A DNA stretch of 64,000 nucleotides from Acidaminococcales bacterium (GTDB lineage Bacteria; Bacillota; Negativicutes; Acidaminococcales; JAISLQ01): positions 8,029-72,028 of the forward strand of contig JAVBNN010000003.1 of the NCBI GenBank assembly GCA_031551525.1, written 5' to 3'. This document shows, piece after piece, positions 9,479 through 17,437 of this stretch. The position numbers and the translations under genes were made by a program. Numbering within the stretch: the stretch's first letter is position 1; every line of letters begins with the position of its first letter. The notes under the pieces were generated by a model. That model was not told the DNA's origin and did no database searches. It was given only the letters and a program-made list of their open reading frames with translations.

Positions 9479-9507
9479 AAGAAGCAGCCGCATGGCGGCT
9501 GCTTCTT
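9479..9507 (-). terminator. intrinsic terminator hairpin after the flhB-C-like gene
   Basis: AAGAAGCAGCCGC / GCGGCUGCUUCUU 13-bp GC-rich stem with a short loop, 8 nt after the stop at 9515. The U-tract on the minus strand is weak (CACUUUAU). Confidence 0.55.
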
Positions 9508-9514
9508 GGTTTAC

Positions 9515-9835
9515 TTATGTACCCGCGCCAAGGCGCTTGCTCATCTCCATGATATTGTTGGTGCGGTAGATATATGACAATACTTCCGCTACCGCCTGAT
9601 AAAGCTCCGGCGGTATCTCGCTGTCGAGTTCAAGCGCCATCAGCATCTGGGTCAGGGCGCGGTTCTGGTATACGGGCACAGCATTACTGGCCGCCGTTTT
9701 CAGGATGTTTTCCGCTATAGTTCCCTTGCCTTTGGCGATTATCTTCGGGGCGCCGTCGTTGCCGACGTCGTATTTAAGAGCTATCGCCTGGGTTATTTCT
9801 TTTTCTTTCTCATCTGCCATGCCGCCGCTCCTCAC
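9515..9835 (-). CDS. ylqH: stand-alone FlhB C-terminal (post-cleavage FlhB_CC) domain protein, YlqH-like
   Basis: 106 aa. AIALKYDVGNDGAPKIIAKGKGTIAENIL...VPVYQNRALTQML...IPPELYQAVAEVLSYIY aligns by eye with the FlhB segment following NPTH (YAVALQYD...APKVLAKGAG...LYAAVAEVLAWVY). It has no TM region and no NPTH motif. Confidence 0.8.
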   Translation of the reverse strand: MRSGGMADEKEKEITQAIALKYDVGNDGAPKIIAKGKGTIAENILKTAASNAVPVYQNRALTQMLMALELDSEIPPELYQAVAEVLSYIYRTNNIMEMSKRLGAGT

Positions 9836-11910
9836 ACTACCATTATGCTGTTAAGTTTCATATTGCTGGCCACGAGCGCATCCTGAATATTGGGTACGAA
9901 CCGCGAAAACTCTTTCATGCCTTCGGGGTTTTCAAATACTACCCGGACATCCAGAAGATTTTCCTGGTACAGGTGGAATATTGCTGTCACAGCGCCGGTA
10001 AATTCAGGCGCGGCGTTTATACGCAGCCAGGTTTCCGGGTTTTTCGCGCCATTTGCGCCGCCCGAGCCTTCCTTGTCATGGTAGATGTTTACATAGACCG
10101 GCTGGTTTTTTTCCTGTCCGTCCGGCGCCAGATAAAACATGAAGGAACTTTGGATATGCTGGGCATTGCGCTCGCTTGGCATCTGCGTGGTGCGGGCCAT
10201 GCCGGCGGCGATGTCACGCAGGGAGTGGGCCCAGCTGTCTACCTGTTGTTTGGAGTATTGGAGGCTCTCACTGTTTTTTAAGAGTTTATTAAATGTTTCA
10301 AGGTCGGACCCTTCGCTGTCCAGTAAAGAGCCTTCTTTACCGGTCAGTTTGTGCAAGGCTTTTTCCAGCAGGGAAAATTCTTCAGGTTTTTTGAAGGTAT
10401 CTTTAATTACATTGGCGATCAAAGAGTGCAGCATGGCTTTTTCACTGCCCGAGAGGTCTTCCGGGCGGCTGCTCAGCGTTTGCAGCGCCCTGGCCACTTC
10501 CGGTCTTTGCGCGCTTTCTTTTTGCAGTTCGAGGCCCGCTCTTTGCATGGTATCCATAAAGCGGGCTATGTCTTTAGTGGTAGGCTGCGGCAGTTCCTTG
10601 CCGGAAGGCGGCATATGTGCGCGGGCCATATTCAAGAGGCTGTTATCCTGCTTGGGCTGGGTGGCCGGTTCGGCAGGGGCTTCTTTGCCTCCAGCCGTCT
10701 GCTGCGCGGGAGCGCCGTCTTTCGGCGCAGCGGTTTTGTCGGCAGAGTTTTTCAGTATATCTATAAGTTCGGTCAGCGAGTTTTTGCCTACTACTTCGGC
10801 CAATCCTTTGACAACTGTGGCATTGCGGAAAAATTCCAGATTGGGATTTTTCCCCTCCAGGTTTTTTGTTTCACCCTTGGCCGTCTGCTCTTTTCCGTCC
10901 TGTGACAAAACCGGCTGGCGGGCGTTATTGCTATTGATCGTAGTGCCATGTTCGCGCGGCGCCGTTTGCGCCTGTTGAGGCGGAGCGGACTCGCCGGCTG
11001 AGGGTTTTGGTTGCTGCTCTCCCGGAGGCGCTTTGGGTGCATGGTCTGCCGTAATGGTTTTGGGTGCTTGTTCCGCCGGAAGCGGTTTGGCCGTTTCCCC
11101 TTGCTGAGGGGCGCTTTCCTTGGCAGCAGGCTGTCCGGCGGTCTGGCTGGAAGCAGTTTTGCCTTCGCCGGGTAAGGGCTCGCCTTTGGCTGTGGTCTGA
11201 GCCTGCTGCGGCGCGGCGGCATCTTTCGGGGCTTGCGTAGCGGCCTCTTTCGGCATTTGTGCGCTAGCGTCCTTATCCGGCTGCGCCTGTTTGCCCTCCG
11301 GCAGTGGTTCTTCCGTTATTTCCTTGCCGAGGATCTGCAGTTCTTTTACGATAGCTGCTCCATCTTTGGCGGCGATGCTTTCCAGCAAGCTCTTTATAAG
11401 TTGGGCGTCCAGTTTTTCCGCCACCGCTTCTTTGGTGACTGGCATGGACGGCTGCTCCGGCATACGGAACTTGGGCAGAGTTTCTTTGGTGCCAGCCTCT
11501 TCCGGCTGGGCTGCGTCGTTGAGAAATTCGGCGACACTGGCTAAGGTATCCGCCAGTTTATTGAGATTTACGGCGACGTCTTTCTGGCCCTGCAACAAGT
11601 TGCTAAGACCGTCGCCCAAATCCATCATGGCGGTCTTGTTGGTAAACAGCTGCCTTATGGCGTCTTTCAGGCCCTGCGGCATGCTATCAAGGTTTTTTTG
11701 TGCCGTTCCGAGTTTATCCGACAACTCTTTTAAAAGTGAGTTTATCGCTTCTTGTCCGGCCATTTTAACGTCGGACGGGGTGCTGCTGGCAGTAGCGGCT
11801 TTCGCCTCCACCCCTTCGGACGAGGTTTGCGCTGACTGCTTGATGGTCTCACCATTCTGGATGTTGCTGACCAGATTGTTAAGTTGTTGTACCACGCCTT
11901 GGATATTCAA
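9832..11910 (-). CDS. FliK-like (flagellar hook-length control C-terminal domain) protein with long P/A/Q/K-rich disordered centre; YlqG position
   Basis: 692 aa. Central low-complexity tract PKEAATQAPKDAAAPQQAQTTAKGEPLP...APPQQAQTAP. The C-terminus WLRINAAPEFTGAVTAIFHLYQENLLDVRVVFENPEGMKEFSRFVPNIQDALVASNMKLNSIMV has the Flg_hook/FliK-C pattern. 4-nt overlap with the flhB-C-like gene. Confidence 0.55.
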   Translation of the reverse strand: MNIQGVVQQLNNLVSNIQNGETIKQSAQTSSEGVEAKAATASSTPSDVKMAGQEAINSLLKELSDKLGTAQKNLDSMPQGLKDAIRQLFTNKTAMMDLGDGLSNLLQGQKDVAVNLNKLADTLASVAEFLNDAAQPEEAGTKETLPKFRMPEQPSMPVTKEAVAEKLDAQLIKSLLESIAAKDGAAIVKELQILGKEITEEPLPEGKQAQPDKDASAQMPKEAATQAPKDAAAPQQAQTTAKGEPLPGEGKTASSQTAGQPAAKESAPQQGETAKPLPAEQAPKTITADHAPKAPPGEQQPKPSAGESAPPQQAQTAPREHGTTINSNNARQPVLSQDGKEQTAKGETKNLEGKNPNLEFFRNATVVKGLAEVVGKNSLTELIDILKNSADKTAAPKDGAPAQQTAGGKEAPAEPATQPKQDNSLLNMARAHMPPSGKELPQPTTKDIARFMDTMQRAGLELQKESAQRPEVARALQTLSSRPEDLSGSEKAMLHSLIANVIKDTFKKPEEFSLLEKALHKLTGKEGSLLDSEGSDLETFNKLLKNSESLQYSKQQVDSWAHSLRDIAAGMARTTQMPSERNAQHIQSSFMFYLAPDGQEKNQPVYVNIYHDKEGSGGANGAKNPETWLRINAAPEFTGAVTAIFHLYQENLLDVRVVFENPEGMKEFSRFVPNIQDALVASNMKLNSIMVV

Positions 11911-12679
11911 TCATTCCACCTCCACTTAACATGCTTTTAAGCGGTTCGAACGTCTTTCGGTGTACGGGGGTCGCCCCCTGTCGGGCTAGCGCCTCCATGT
12001 GAAGCTCAGCTCCATAGCCTTTATTCCGGGCAAAACCGTAACCAGGATAACTGGCGTCAAGCTCGGCCATTATCCTGTCCCTTGTCACTTTCGCTACAAT
12101 GGAAGCGGCCGCGATAGACGCGCTCAAACTATCTCCATGTATTAATGATATCGTAGGAAATGGCAGATTTGTTAAGGGCATGGCGTCGATCAAAGCGCAG
12201 TCCGGTTGTAGGGGTAACGTTAAGAGCGCGTTTCGCATCCCGTCCAGCGTGGCCTGGTAAATGTTCTTTGCGTCGATGGTTTCCACCGCGATGATGTCGA
12301 CAGAAACCGCCAGAGCGTGTGCATATATTTCGTCAAACAGCTCGGCACGGCGTTTTTCCGGCACTTGCTTGGAGTCGTCCAAGCCATGGAACAAATGGTT
12401 TTCCGGCAACGCTACCGCCGCCACCACCAGCGGTCCAGCCAGAGGACCCCGTCCGGCCTCGTCCACTCCGGCGATGATTTTATGACCTTCTTGGCGAAGT
12501 TTGTTTTCATATTCATATAAGGTGTTTAGTCTCTGTATTTCCTGCTGCTCACGCACAACTTTTTTCTCATAAGACGCCAGCAGTTTTTGTACGCCGACCC
12601 GTCCGTCCATGCGCAGCATGGCCAGCAGGTCTTCTGTCGGCTGGTTCTCCAGTTGCTTTTTGATTTCCTGTATCTGCAT
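11879..12679 (-). CDS. rnhB: ribonuclease HII
   Basis: Start set to ATG 12679 (AAAGAGG RBS 7 nt upstream); the track ORF begins at an upstream TTG. Motifs IAGVDEAGRGPLAGPLV and DDSKQV...IVAKVTRD are RNase HII catalytic motifs. The 3' end overlaps the fliK-like start by 32 nt. Confidence 0.9.
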   Translation of the reverse strand: MQIQEIKKQLENQPTEDLLAMLRMDGRVGVQKLLASYEKKVVREQQEIQRLNTLYEYENKLRQEGHKIIAGVDEAGRGPLAGPLVVAAVALPENHLFHGLDDSKQVPEKRRAELFDEIYAHALAVSVDIIAVETIDAKNIYQATLDGMRNALLTLPLQPDCALIDAMPLTNLPFPTISLIHGDSLSASIAAASIVAKVTRDRIMAELDASYPGYGFARNKGYGAELHMEALARQGATPVHRKTFEPLKSMLSGGGMIEYPRRGTTT

Positions 12680-12695
12680 ATTAGTACCTCTTTGC

Positions 12696-12722
12696 AAAAA
12701 AGGGCCCTTATAGGCCCTTTTT
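12696..12722 (-). terminator. intrinsic terminator overlapping the rbgA stop codon
   Basis: On the minus strand AAAAAGGGCC-UAUAAG-GGCCCUUUUU. Only about 17 nt separate it from the rnhB start region, so rnhB expression needs read-through or an internal promoter. Confidence 0.55.
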
Positions 12723-13593
12723 AAGAATTATTCGGTTTGTCGAGCGATATCCTGCCTAAAAGCCCGGCGCGGAATTCTTTCAACACAAGTTGGGCGGCTT
12801 TTGCCTCATCGGGCAAACCGCCCGGACGCAAACATCCCCGTTTGGCGGCGACTGCCTGCAACAAACTTTGCCCGTCTGGCAAGGGTAAGACAATATTATA
12901 GCGCTGCCTCAGACAATCGGGGTATTCTGCTTTCAGATAGTCTAAAAGTTGCCGCGACGCTTCTTCCATATCAAAGACCTCGTCCTTGATGGCTCCGGTC
13001 ACGGCAAGCGAAAAAGCTACGCTTTTGTCTTCGAACTTCGGCCACAGTACGCCGGGAGTATCCAGTATCTCCAAACCACCGGCCACGTTTATCCACTGTT
13101 TTCCTCTGGTAACGCCCGGTTTGTCGGCTATTTTCACTTTGGCCTGACCACCGGCAAAACGGTTGATCAAAGAAGATTTGCCTACATTGGGTATGCCGGC
13201 TATCATTACGCGCACCGGGCGGTTTTTCACGCCACGTGCCTGCCATTTTTGCAGAACCGGGGCCGCGGCTTTCTTAAGTTCCGCCAGAAGTTCTTTCAAT
13301 CCTTTGCCTTTAGCAGAGTCGATCTCGACTACAAAAAGCCCTTTGCCGGAAAAGAAGTCCTTCCAGGCGTAAGTAGTCTCCGGGTCGGCCAGGTCGCTCT
13401 TGTTAAGGGCGATGATTTTCGGCTTTTTTCCGAGGGTTTCCAGCAATAGCGGATTAGAACTGGAATAGGGTATCCGGGCATCCAGCATTTCTACAACTAC
13501 GTCCACCAGTTTGAGGCTTTCCTCGATCATGCGCTTGGCCTTAGTCATATGGCCGGGAAACCACTGAACGTTCAATTCGCGCATATCTTTCAC
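12721..13593 (-). CDS. rbgA: ribosome biogenesis GTPase A (YlqF/RbgA)
   Basis: 290 aa. WFPGHM, circularly permuted GTPase motifs (LNKSDL ... GIPNVGKSSLINR ... DTPG). Confidence 0.9.
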   Translation of the reverse strand: MKDMRELNVQWFPGHMTKAKRMIEESLKLVDVVVEMLDARIPYSSSNPLLLETLGKKPKIIALNKSDLADPETTYAWKDFFSGKGLFVVEIDSAKGKGLKELLAELKKAAAPVLQKWQARGVKNRPVRVMIAGIPNVGKSSLINRFAGGQAKVKIADKPGVTRGKQWINVAGGLEILDTPGVLWPKFEDKSVAFSLAVTGAIKDEVFDMEEASRQLLDYLKAEYPDCLRQRYNIVLPLPDGQSLLQAVAAKRGCLRPGGLPDEAKAAQLVLKEFRAGLLGRISLDKPNNS

Positions 13594-13608
13594 CTCGGTG
13601 TTTCGTTT

Positions 13609-14145
13609 TTACGGCAAGGTGCGCCAGGCGTCAATAGGCCAGAAAACCAGCGACGCTTTGCCTTTTACAAGTTTCAAAGGAACAAATCCAACATCGGGGA
13701 AACGGCTGTCATCCGAGTTGTTCCGGTTGTCGCCCATTACGAATATATGTCCTTGCGGTACGATGACCTTATTGTAGGAACCCTGGGTGGGTTCCAGTAT
13801 ATAGTCTTCTTTTTTGAGTTCGCCGTTCACATATACCCGGCCGCTCCTTATCTCGATAGTATCACCGCCGGTCGCGATCACGCGTTTGATGAAGTCGCGG
13901 CTGGGATCGCGCGGGTATTTGAAAACGATGATCTCGCCTTTTTTCGGGTCACTGAAATAGTACAAAAACCTGTTTACGATGAGCCGCTCATGGTTTTGCA
14001 GGGTAGGCCGCATGGATGGGCCTTCCACCATGTAAGGTTCCACGATAAAGGTCCTGATGATCAACGCCAGGACCAGGGCGATAAGTATTGAAATGGCCCA
14101 GTCTTTCAATTCGGCCTGCCAATTTATATTGGCCACTTCTCCCAC
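13609..14145 (-). CDS. lepB: signal peptidase I
   Basis: 178 aa. N-terminal TM, catalytic Ser box GPSMRPTL, Lys box KRVIATGGD, GDNRNNSDDSR. Confidence 0.9.
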   Translation of the reverse strand: MGEVANINWQAELKDWAISILIALVLALIIRTFIVEPYMVEGPSMRPTLQNHERLIVNRFLYYFSDPKKGEIIVFKYPRDPSRDFIKRVIATGGDTIEIRSGRVYVNGELKKEDYILEPTQGSYNKVIVPQGHIFVMGDNRNNSDDSRFPDVGFVPLKLVKGKASLVFWPIDAWRTLP

Positions 14146-14170
14146 TTCCTGTTCTCAACATAAATTAATA

Positions 14171-14193
14171 AAGGGACTGTTGTACAGTCCCTT
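14171..14193 (-). terminator. palindromic hairpin terminator after rplS
   Basis: AAGGGACUGU-UGU-ACAGUCCCUU (10 bp) 5 nt after the rplS stop. U/A-rich flanks on both strands. Confidence 0.55.
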
Positions 14194-14198
14194 TTTAC

Positions 14199-14540
14199 TT
14201 AGCGTCTTTCGCGGATACGCGCCGCTTTGCCGGTGAGACTGCGCAGATAGTACAGTTTGGCTCTTCTTACTATACCGCGGCGAACGACTTCCAGCCGTTC
14301 CACTCTCGGTGAGTGCAGAGGAAATGTCCGCTCTACGCCGATGCCATAAGAAATGCGCCTTACTGTGAAGGTTTCCCTTACTACACCGCCGGAACGGGAG
14401 ATGACTACCCCTTCGAAAACCTGGATACGTTCACGGGTGCCTTCAACGACTTTCACATGCACTTTCACCGTGTCGCCAGGACGAAAATTCGGGATATCGC
14501 TCTTTAACTGTTCCTGCTCCAAAACCTCGATGATGTTCAT
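14199..14540 (-). CDS. rplS: 50S ribosomal protein L19
   Basis: Start moved to ATG 14540 (GAGGAGGA RBS). [34 protein letters not shown]...RRAKLYYLR. Confidence 0.95.
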   Translation of the reverse strand: MNIIEVLEQEQLKSDIPNFRPGDTVKVHVKVVEGTRERIQVFEGVVISRSGGVVRETFTVRRISYGIGVERTFPLHSPRVERLEVVRRGIVRRAKLYYLRSLTGKAARIRERR

Positions 14541-14641
14541 AAATATCCTCCTCAATTCATAGACGTTCTTGGACCGGATCTAGGTACAGAGGACCGCCCG
14601 TTTACAATACTAGTAAATTTTATCACACAAAATAAATATCT

Positions 14642-15217
14642 TCAAGCCTTTTTATACCATTCTTCTCCGGCCAGCCTGTCCATGATTATTGCGGCTGCCG
14701 ACCTGACGCACAAATGGTTATAGTCGGACGGCCCGCACACCGGTTCAAGGATATAGTCAAACTCCGCCATAGTCGCCTCTTCTATACCCCAGCCAGTGCC
14801 AAACAGTAACAAGAGCGGACGCTTTTCTGCCTGCATGATTTCCCGTAAAGCAGTATAAGAAACGGTATTGGGGTACCGTCTGGCATCAGTCGTGACCACC
14901 AGAGGCTGGTGGCCAGTTTCAGCGGCTATAGCGCGCACAGCATTCCCGATATCATCTGTCCAGGAAACACATTTAAGCGCTTCGTTACGGTCAGGGTTGT
15001 ATATCTGCCCATAACCTTCCTGCCAGTAGTGGAGTATTTTATTTATAATCTCCCGCTGAGTATCGAGCGGGTGAATGACGTAATAGCGGCGCACCCCATA
15101 AGTTCGGCAAGTGCGGGCTATATCGTGTATGTCAAAGTTAGTGACGGCGGTCGCGACCACCTGCATATTTTTGTTATAGACAGGATAGTGAACCAACCCT
15201 ACATATATATCAGCCAT
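14642..15217 (-). CDS. putative SPOUT-type RNA methyltransferase (COG4752 / Methyltrn_RNA_4-like)
   Basis: 191 aa. MADIYVGLVHYPVYNKNMQVVATAVTNFDIHDIARTCRTYGV... Recalled family resemblance only. The start overlaps the trmD stop by 8 nt. Confidence 0.45.
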   Translation of the reverse strand: MADIYVGLVHYPVYNKNMQVVATAVTNFDIHDIARTCRTYGVRRYYVIHPLDTQREIINKILHYWQEGYGQIYNPDRNEALKCVSWTDDIGNAVRAIAAETGHQPLVVTTDARRYPNTVSYTALREIMQAEKRPLLLLFGTGWGIEEATMAEFDYILEPVCGPSDYNHLCVRSAAAIIMDRLAGEEWYKKA

Positions 15218-15953
15218 GTGCCTTCATCTGTTCTTTTATTATTTCCAACAGCAGTTTGCCGTCATCTTGCTGAAGTTTTACTTCGCGCAACAGTTCCGGC
15301 CTGTTTTCGAGTGTTTTTCTCAGCGACTCTTTACGCCGCCAGCGGCTTATCCTGGCGTGGTCCCCCGAGAGGAGCACTGCCGGCACTTCTCCTTCTTCCA
15401 TAGCTGCCGGCCTTGTATACTGTGGGTATTCCAAAAGACCGTCGGAAAAAGATTCCGCTTCCGTGCTTTCAAATGCACCCAGCACACCGGGCAATAACCG
15501 ACATACAGCATCGCTTATCACCAAAGCGGGCAATTCGCCGCCGGTAAGCACGTAGTCGCCAATAGAAAGGCTCATATCAGCAAATGCCTTTATCCGTTCG
15601 TCAAAGCCTTCATAATGGCCGCAGACAAAAATAATCCCCTTATTCTTCGCCAGTTCAACTGCCTTACCCTGAGAAAAAGTCTGTCCGTCCGGGGAAAGCA
15701 TTACTACCGGCGCATCGGGCAAAGTTTCCCTGGCTTTTTTGATCGCGGCGATAAACGGCTCCGGTTTGAGTACCATGCCCGCCCCGCCGCCAAACGGCGT
15801 GTCGTCCACGGTACGGTGCCGGTCTTTTGTAAAACTGCGCGGGTCAATGGAGAAAACCTCAATAAGCCCGGCCTCCCGGCCGCGCTTTAATATGCTGTGG
15901 GAAAAATTATCTTCTATAAGGCCGGGAAAAAGCGTTATAAAGAGGATTTTCAC
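15210..15953 (-). CDS. trmD: tRNA (guanine37-N1)-methyltransferase
   Basis: 247 aa. MKILFITLFPG...DDTPFGGGAGMVLKPEP...GHYEGFDERI...SIGDYVLTGGELPA. Confidence 0.95.
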   Translation of the reverse strand: MKILFITLFPGLIEDNFSHSILKRGREAGLIEVFSIDPRSFTKDRHRTVDDTPFGGGAGMVLKPEPFIAAIKKARETLPDAPVVMLSPDGQTFSQGKAVELAKNKGIIFVCGHYEGFDERIKAFADMSLSIGDYVLTGGELPALVISDAVCRLLPGVLGAFESTEAESFSDGLLEYPQYTRPAAMEEGEVPAVLLSGDHARISRWRRKESLRKTLENRPELLREVKLQQDDGKLLLEIIKEQMKAHG

Positions 15954-16468
15954 TTGTCATCCTCCCATACGGGCGGATCGACCAGCATTTTTTTGTTTTT
16001 GATGTCGATATCTTTTACGACCTGTTTTATGGCCGGCAAGAGGATGTCTTTGGCTCCGGTTTTTTTTACTACGTAAACATCATTGCTGCCGGTCGGCAAC
16101 ACTTCAAAAAGATGGCCCAGTTCCTCTCCTGCGGTATCTACTACCAGCATGCCCAGCATGTCTTCTATGTAGTAACGTCCTTCCGGCAATGGCCCCAGCT
16201 CTTCCCTCGAGACAAAAAGGCTTTTGTTTTTCAACTGTTCCGCCTGTTCAATGCTGTCGACTCCGGCAAACTTCATCAGTATGAACTGTTTGTGAAAACG
16301 GGCGGCAGTCACCTCGAGACGGCCCTGTCCCGCTACTTCGACTTCTTTTAAAGCTGCTACCTTGTCGGGAAATTCCGAAAGCTGCACTACACGCACTTCA
16401 CCCCGCACACCGTGCGGGGCGACTATCTTACCTACTTCGACCGGTTTTTCTCCGCGCATAGCCGTCAC
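15950..16468 (-). CDS. rimM: 16S rRNA processing protein RimM
   Basis: 172 aa. GKIVAPHGVRGEVRV..., PRC-barrel C-terminus, 4-nt overlap with trmD. Confidence 0.9.
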   Translation of the reverse strand: MTAMRGEKPVEVGKIVAPHGVRGEVRVVQLSEFPDKVAALKEVEVAGQGRLEVTAARFHKQFILMKFAGVDSIEQAEQLKNKSLFVSREELGPLPEGRYYIEDMLGMLVVDTAGEELGHLFEVLPTGSNDVYVVKKTGAKDILLPAIKQVVKDIDIKNKKMLVDPPVWEDDK

Positions 16469-16881
16469 ATCCGGAAGGCGACTATTTTGCCGTCTTCGAG
16501 TAATATCTCCGCACCCATCAGTTTGTGCAGGTCATCGCCTATCTTTAAAGTGACGGTGCGGTCAAGTGTGCCCTGCCCTATTTCCGCACCGGTTTCGAGC
16601 CGCCCCAGGTGCTCCAGCCGGTCCTGGGCCTCACGCCGAAAATCCAGTCGTTTTATGCGTTCATTATCCAAATAGGACCGCAATTGCGGCAGAGCTTGTG
16701 GGTCGGCTTTTTCCTGTTCGTGCAGCATGCGTTTGGCGTGAAATTCCAATTGTTGCAGTTCCAGTTCGACATTTTTCAGAGCCTCATTGATGTCCGCCGC
16801 CAGTTTTTCTTTCAGGGCGGCGGTCACCCGGGCTTTAATATTAACAGGCACTCTAAGCGTCATTTCTTCCATGGTAGACAC
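16465..16881 (-). CDS. ylqD: YlqD family protein
   Basis: 138 aa coiled-coil-rich protein at the conserved position between khpA/ylqC and rimM, as in Bacillus rpsP-ylqC-ylqD-rimM-trmD-rplS. Confidence 0.6.
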   Translation of the reverse strand: MSTMEEMTLRVPVNIKARVTAALKEKLAADINEALKNVELELQQLEFHAKRMLHEQEKADPQALPQLRSYLDNERIKRLDFRREAQDRLEHLGRLETGAEIGQGTLDRTVTLKIGDDLHKLMGAEILLEDGKIVAFRM

Positions 16882-16888
16882 CAGCCTT

Positions 16889-17119
16889 TTAGACTATTTC
16901 TACGGTCACTTTCACGTTTTCACGGGTAGCGGCCGCTTTTACCACCAGGCGTATGGCTTTGGCGATACGTCCCTGTTTACCGATGACTTTCCCCATATCC
17001 TCCTGCGCTACGTTAAGTCGAAGAGTGGTGGCCGAACCTACTGTTTCCTCTTCGACTTGTACCGCGTCAGGATTATTTACGAGGGATTTTGCCACGATCT
17101 CCACCAATTCTTTGAGCAT
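16889..17119 (-). CDS. khpA: KH-domain RNA-binding protein (YlqC/KhpA)
   Basis: 76 aa. MLKELVEIVAKSLVNNPDAV...DMGKVIGKQGRIAKAIRLVV (GxxG KH motif). Confidence 0.85.
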   Translation of the reverse strand: MLKELVEIVAKSLVNNPDAVQVEEETVGSATTLRLNVAQEDMGKVIGKQGRIAKAIRLVVKAAATRENVKVTVEIV

Positions 17120-17125
17120 AGCGGG

Positions 17126-17407
17126 TCAATCCTCCTTTTTGGCGCGCTTGAGAGCGTCCCAACGGGCTAATATGCCTTCCTTGCTCAACAAGGACCTGAC
17201 GGTTTCGGTCGGTTGGGCGCCTTTGCCCAGCCATTCGACTGCTTTGTCGCCATCGATTTTTACACTAGCCGGCTGTTTAGTGGAATCATAGTAGCCGATG
17301 CTTTCGATAAAACGGCCGTCACGCGGGGAACGCGCGTCTGCAACTACGATACGATAAAACGGAGTTTTTTTCGCACCCATCCTTTTTAGTCTGATTTTTA
17401 CTGCCAT
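17126..17407 (-). CDS. rpsP: 30S ribosomal protein S16
   Basis: 93 aa. [35 protein letters not shown]. Confidence 0.95.
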   Translation of the reverse strand: MAVKIRLKRMGAKKTPFYRIVVADARSPRDGRFIESIGYYDSTKQPASVKIDGDKAVEWLGKGAQPTETVRSLLSKEGILARWDALKRAKKED

Positions 17408-17437
17408 ACTTTTTCACCCCCTTAAAATTTTTCTCAT

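Noticed and set aside
9374-9493. 40-codon N-terminal extension of the TonB-dependent receptor ORF
   Set aside because: The extension runs through the terminator and the inverted repeat, and it has no signal peptide. The internal ATG at 9373 has a GGAGGG RBS and gives a canonical signal peptide.
9374-9514. Cobalamin or other riboswitch upstream of the TonB-dependent receptor
   Set aside because: Only about 140 nt are available, and they are largely occupied by a terminator and an inverted repeat. No B12-box-like GCCACUG core was seen.
10139-11929. Several 180-280-aa + strand ORFs opposite the fliK-like gene
   Set aside because: They are antisense frames of a low-complexity P/A/Q-rich gene. 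Their products are Cys/Ser/Leu-rich nonsense with no signals.
14541-14641. Possible L19 ribosomal-protein leader upstream of rplS
   Set aside because: The 100-nt gap is at the right place for the Firmicute L19 leader. I could not find a convincing conserved hairpin by eye or recall the consensus well enough, so this needs an Rfam (RF00556) scan.
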